Below, piece by piece: positions 60,286 to 64,000 of a DNA stretch of 64,000 bases; position 1 is the first letter of the stretch; every line of letters begins with the position of its first letter. The stretch is from Candidatus Micrarchaeia archaeon (GTDB lineage: Archaea; Micrarchaeota; Micrarchaeia; CABMEP01). The notes beneath the pieces are model-generated. The model made no database searches and was not told the DNA's origin. It worked only from the letters and a program-made list of their open reading frames with translations. A program made the position numbers and the translations under genes. The DNA is taken from assembly GCA_038881595.1 (NCBI GenBank), contig JAVZPM010000001.1, forward strand, positions 19,562-83,561. The letters are read 5' to 3'.

Positions 60286-61668
60286 ATGAAGAAAGTAATA
60301 GTTGTTGGTGCTGGTCCAGCTGGTATGTTTGCTTCGTATCTTCTTGGGAATGCAGGTTTAGATGTAACTCTCATTGAGATGGGGGAGGACATAAAAGAAA
60401 GATCCGAAAAGATCAAGGATGGAGGATCTACTGCAGCACCACATTATATTCAAGGAATGGGTGGAAGCGGAACATTTTCTGATGGAAAAATAAACCTAGA
60501 CCCTGAGATAGGAGGAAACATGCTTGAATTCACAAGCAGAAGTGATGCTGAAAAATTGATTGCTTATGTAGATAATGTTTTGGTTAAAAATGGAGTGGAA
60601 ACAAAGGCAGAAATAAACCATAAAGCAGAAGAATTAAGAATAAAAGCAATGCAGGCAGGCATAAAATACATCCCTATAAAACAGAAGCATGTTGGCTCAG
60701 ATCATCTTCCATCTGTTGTCCAAAATATAAAGAGAGAAATGGAAAAGAACGGAGTGGAAATAAAAATAAAAACAAAGGCAAAAGACCTGATAATAGAAGA
60801 TAATAAAATAAAAGGATTGATAGTTGAAAACAGTAAAGAACATGAGATTAATGCTGATTATGTAATACTTGCACCTGGAAGAGCTGGATCAAGATGGCTT
60901 CTCGATTTAGCAAATAAGTACAGAATAAAATATGAATATGGTCCTTTAGATATTGGGGTAAGAGTTGAGGTAAATAATGAAGTTATGGAGGAAGTTACTT
61001 CCATAAATTGGGATCCTAAGTTTCATATAACCACTAAAAAATATGATGATTTTGTGAGAACTTTTTGCACCAATCCTAAAGGCTTTGTTATAACTGAAAA
61101 CTATGGCGATTTCGTATCTGTTAATGGCCACAGCATGAAGGATAAAAAATCAAACAATACTAATTTTGCATTCCTAGTCAGAGTGAAATTAACAGAACCG
61201 GTTGAAAACACAACACTATATGGGGAGAGCATTGCAAGACTTGCAACTACAATCGGTGGTGGAAAACCAATACTTCAAAGACTTGGTGATCTTAAGAAAG
61301 GAAGAAGGAGCACCTGGGATAGAATTGAAAAGAGTTATGTTGAGCCTACAAACAAAGAGGTAACTCCAGGGGATATAAGCATGGCAATGCCTGAAAGAAT
61401 TGTGAATGACATAGTTGAGGGATTAGATATGCTGTCTGGAGTTATACCTGGAGTAAATCAAGAACATACATTATTGTATGCGCCAGAGATTAAGTTCAAG
61501 TCTGTAAGATTAGAGATAAACAAAAATATGGAATGTAAACAGATAAAAAATCTCTTTACTGTAGGAGATGGCGCTGGAGTAAGTGGAGGGATAGTAACAG
61601 CTGCTGTTACTGGATTGATTGCAGCAAGAGAAATAATTAGAAGAGAAAATCTAAAATGTGAAATCTGA
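60286..61668 (+). CDS. Uncharacterised FAD-dependent oxidoreductase (COG2509-like)
   Basis: GAGPAG, GGSGTFSDGK, VRTFCTNP.G, VNGHS, GDGAG. Confidence 0.88.
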   Translation: MKKVIVVGAGPAGMFASYLLGNAGLDVTLIEMGEDIKERSEKIKDGGSTAAPHYIQGMGGSGTFSDGKINLDPEIGGNMLEFTSRSDAEKLIAYVDNVLVKNGVETKAEINHKAEELRIKAMQAGIKYIPIKQKHVGSDHLPSVVQNIKREMEKNGVEIKIKTKAKDLIIEDNKIKGLIVENSKEHEINADYVILAPGRAGSRWLLDLANKYRIKYEYGPLDIGVRVEVNNEVMEEVTSINWDPKFHITTKKYDDFVRTFCTNPKGFVITENYGDFVSVNGHSMKDKKSNNTNFAFLVRVKLTEPVENTTLYGESIARLATTIGGGKPILQRLGDLKKGRRSTWDRIEKSYVEPTNKEVTPGDISMAMPERIVNDIVEGLDMLSGVIPGVNQEHTLLYAPEIKFKSVRLEINKNMECKQIKNLFTVGDGAGVSGGIVTAAVTGLIAAREIIRRENLKCEI

Positions 61669-61713
61669 TTAATATATTTGTTTAGGTCATTTTATTTAAA
61701 GAAAAAGTTAAAG

Positions 61714-61786
61714 TGGCCCCGCGGAGAATCGAACTCCGAATCTCCACCGTGTCAGAGTGGCGTCTTAACCATTCGACTACAGGGCC
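61714..61786 (-). tRNA. tRNA-Val(GAC)
   Basis: Reverse complement GGCCCTG...CCACT-CTGACAC-GGTGG...CGGGGCCA. Confidence 0.95.
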
Positions 61787-61894
61787 AAATAATGTAATAT
61801 TATATGTCGAAAAGATATTTAATTTTAATGTAATCCTAGAATAAAAATATTTATGTGAACTTATTTTAGTTGTAAGATAAATACGATAATGCTT

Positions 61895-63292
61895 TTAGAA
61901 TATATGCTCATCTGGTGCTTTAGAGACACCATAATCTGATGCACTGGTTCTCCATACAGAACCATACTTCTTTTGCATCTGCTGTTCGATTGGCTTTGCT
62001 TTCTCTATTGCTAATGCAACATGCTTCTCTTCTATTAGTTCAGCTCCATCAATTACTGCAAAATCACCTGCAAGCTTGACTATGCCTGAGAGATCTCTTA
62101 ATCTTAATGTCAATCCTTCCTTGTTGTCGTAAAGTTTTGCTTTTCTTCTTGCCTCGTTTATTATTGCTTCGATTGCTTTTGCATTTGCATGAGGAATCCT
62201 TCCATCTGCAATTATTTCTTGAGCTATGAACTGCATAAGTTTCTTTACATTTTTCTCATTGTCTTCCATTACCGTATTCATTAAAACCTCAAACCCATTT
62301 CCAAGAATTCTTGAACGCAATGGCGGAAGCAATGTGCCTACATCAGCAAAATTGAGCGCACCAACAAGAATAAAATCACATGGAACATTGTCCACTCTGA
62401 CAGATGCTCCAGAACTCGTTGGATTCCTACCTGTTATTGGAAACTTCTTTTCCTGCATTGCAGTAAGAAGGTGCCTCTGAAGAGGTCCTAGATTTGAAAG
62501 CTCATCTATGAAAAGAACGCCTTCATGAGCCTCATGCACTGCTCCTGGAACCACTCTTTTGAATGGCTTTGTACCTATCTCACTATGTCCTCCATATGGA
62601 TCATGTCTAACATCTCCAAGAAGCTCTGTTTCAGAAGCTCCTGTTGCCTGGACAAAAAGAGATCTTTCTAAAGGCACAATTACATTTCTTTGTATAGTGG
62701 CATGCTCTCTTGCTGCCAATGCCTCCTCATCATAAAGATATATATTTCCTTTTTTGTACTCATACATTACTTTTTGCTCTACTCCATTTATATATTCGGA
62801 AAAATAAACTTTATCTTCTCTAGAAGAACCACCGAAAACGATATCATCAAAAGGAGAGGTATGAGTCTTATATTTATCTGCTCCACAGTTTGGACATGAG
62901 GATATCTCGGGTTTGCTTAAAAAACCACATCTTTTGCATCTAAGACCTAGTCGTTCAGCAACTACAATTGGAACATCAACTGGCTTTACTATTTTTGGTT
63001 TTGGAATTTTCTTTTCATTCTCTATATCAAGTCTGGAACGAACTTCTAGAATGGGTCTTTCTGGATGTTCTGGATTGTCAAGTACAGAAATTTCATAATT
63101 CGGCTTTGGAAGAAGGGATGCCATTGCCTGTGCAATCATGCTTTTACCAGTACCTGGAGCTCCTACTAAAAGAATATGTCTTTTCTGAGATGCAGCAATC
63201 TTTACATATTTTATTGCTTCATCCTGACCTATAACCTTATCTATTGGATTTGTAGGTACTTTTATTTCTCTGCTTGTTTCAGGATAATCCAA
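61895..63292 (-). CDS. LonB-like AAA+ ATPase lacking protease domain, with C4 Zn finger
   Basis: VIGQDEA, GAPGTGKS, LLGDVRHDPYGG, GVLFIDE, LRSRI, LRLRDL; CKRC/CPNC insert. Confidence 0.82.
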   Translation of the reverse strand: MDYPETSREIKVPTNPIDKVIGQDEAIKYVKIAASQKRHILLVGAPGTGKSMIAQAMASLLPKPNYEISVLDNPEHPERPILEVRSRLDIENEKKIPKPKIVKPVDVPIVVAERLGLRCKRCGFLSKPEISSCPNCGADKYKTHTSPFDDIVFGGSSREDKVYFSEYINGVEQKVMYEYKKGNIYLYDEEALAAREHATIQRNVIVPLERSLFVQATGASETELLGDVRHDPYGGHSEIGTKPFKRVVPGAVHEAHEGVLFIDELSNLGPLQRHLLTAMQEKKFPITGRNPTSSGASVRVDNVPCDFILVGALNFADVGTLLPPLRSRILGNGFEVLMNTVMEDNEKNVKKLMQFIAQEIIADGRIPHANAKAIEAIINEARRKAKLYDNKEGLTLRLRDLSGIVKLAGDFAVIDGAELIEEKHVALAIEKAKPIEQQMQKKYGSVWRTSASDYGVSKAPDEHIF

Positions 63293-63405
63293 TCTCCCAC
63301 CATTTGAATTAAAATCAGTCTACTATAAATGAGATTAACTTAACAATGTTTATATTTTAATAACAAGATTTAAATGTGTATCATTAAATCAGTGGTCTTT
63401 GTTAA

Positions 63406-63960
63406 TTATTTAGGAGATTCATTATATGATTTTGCTTTTTCTAATTCATTCCTTATCTCCTTCTTCTGTTCCTTATTTCCAAACCAATACTTGAACTGAA
63501 GTTTAGCTATATTCCAATAATATCCTGGTTGAGTACTTATCCATTCCTTTATCTTTTCCATCTTTGATTTCTTCCTGTTTTCCCAAAAATCAATGTCTTC
63601 GTTTTCTTTAATCTCTAAAAATACAACTGGATTTATTTCTATTTCCTCTTCGCAATTAGGCATTTTTCTTTTTATCAAGGCATGAATAAATTCTTCTGAA
63701 TTAAATTTCCTGCCAAGGGCCTGGAAATACTTGAATGTTTCAACTTTAAGAACTAATGAATTGTAACCATATGAATAGTCGCTTATTAAATTTGAATCTA
63801 TATTTGGTTGATAATGGTCGTCTTGATTTGCAAATGTTAGCAAACCTATTTTCTTTCCATGTTCCCCTGCAAAATAATTAACAACCATATGTGAAAGAGG
63901 GTGTTTGTTTTGTCCTTCTAACCTAGGTATAAATTTACTTATTGTTGGATTTCTTGCCAT
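63406..63960 (-). CDS. Hypothetical protein
   Basis: 184-aa ORF, no family recognised. Confidence 0.55.
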   Translation of the reverse strand: MARNPTISKFIPRLEGQNKHPLSHMVVNYFAGEHGKKIGLLTFANQDDHYQPNIDSNLISDYSYGYNSLVLKVETFKYFQALGRKFNSEEFIHALIKRKMPNCEEEIEINPVVFLEIKENEDIDFWENRKKSKMEKIKEWISTQPGYYWNIAKLQFKYWFGNKEQKKEIRNELEKAKSYNESPK

Positions 63961-64000
63961 TCCTGATTTTACTTCGTGAAAATTGAATTGTTCTATACCA

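Overview
AT-rich, gene-dense archaeal chromosome segment. Markers include rps8e, aIF5B, RFC-S, class I CCA enzyme, Cgi121, GGGP synthase and intron-containing tRNAs. Gene content suggests a DPANN lineage, possibly Micrarchaeota-like, but this is inference without a phylogeny. Left to right: a type IV pilus/Tad surface locus with a KaiC-like ATPase; scpA-scpB; gatCAB, cca, rfcS, ileS; an accessory stretch with uvsE, small Cys-rich ORFs and a complete type I-B CRISPR-Cas system (19 repeats/18 spacers; cas6-8-7-5-3-4-1-2); a short bacterial-type alaS; five tRNA genes (Val-CAC, Glu-CTC, Leu-CAA with intron, Trp-CCA with intron, Val-GAC); a LAGLIDADG endonuclease; repair and metabolic genes; three tandem deoxynucleoside kinases; a RibB-like + E1alpha/E1beta operon; and a Lon-type ATPase without a protease domain. 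Most notable: (1) a 39-nt tRNA-Trp intron that looks like a minimal, circularly permuted single-guide box C/D RNA aimed at its own C34; (2) a LAGLIDADG gene lying between tRNA-Trp and a degenerate copy of a tRNA 3' end; (3) a catalytically altered RibB homolog translationally coupled to a TPP enzyme with no adjacent E2/E3, next to three dNK paralogs; (4) an internal RBS in cas8 predicting a hidden Cas11. All calls come from motif reading only; no searches were run.
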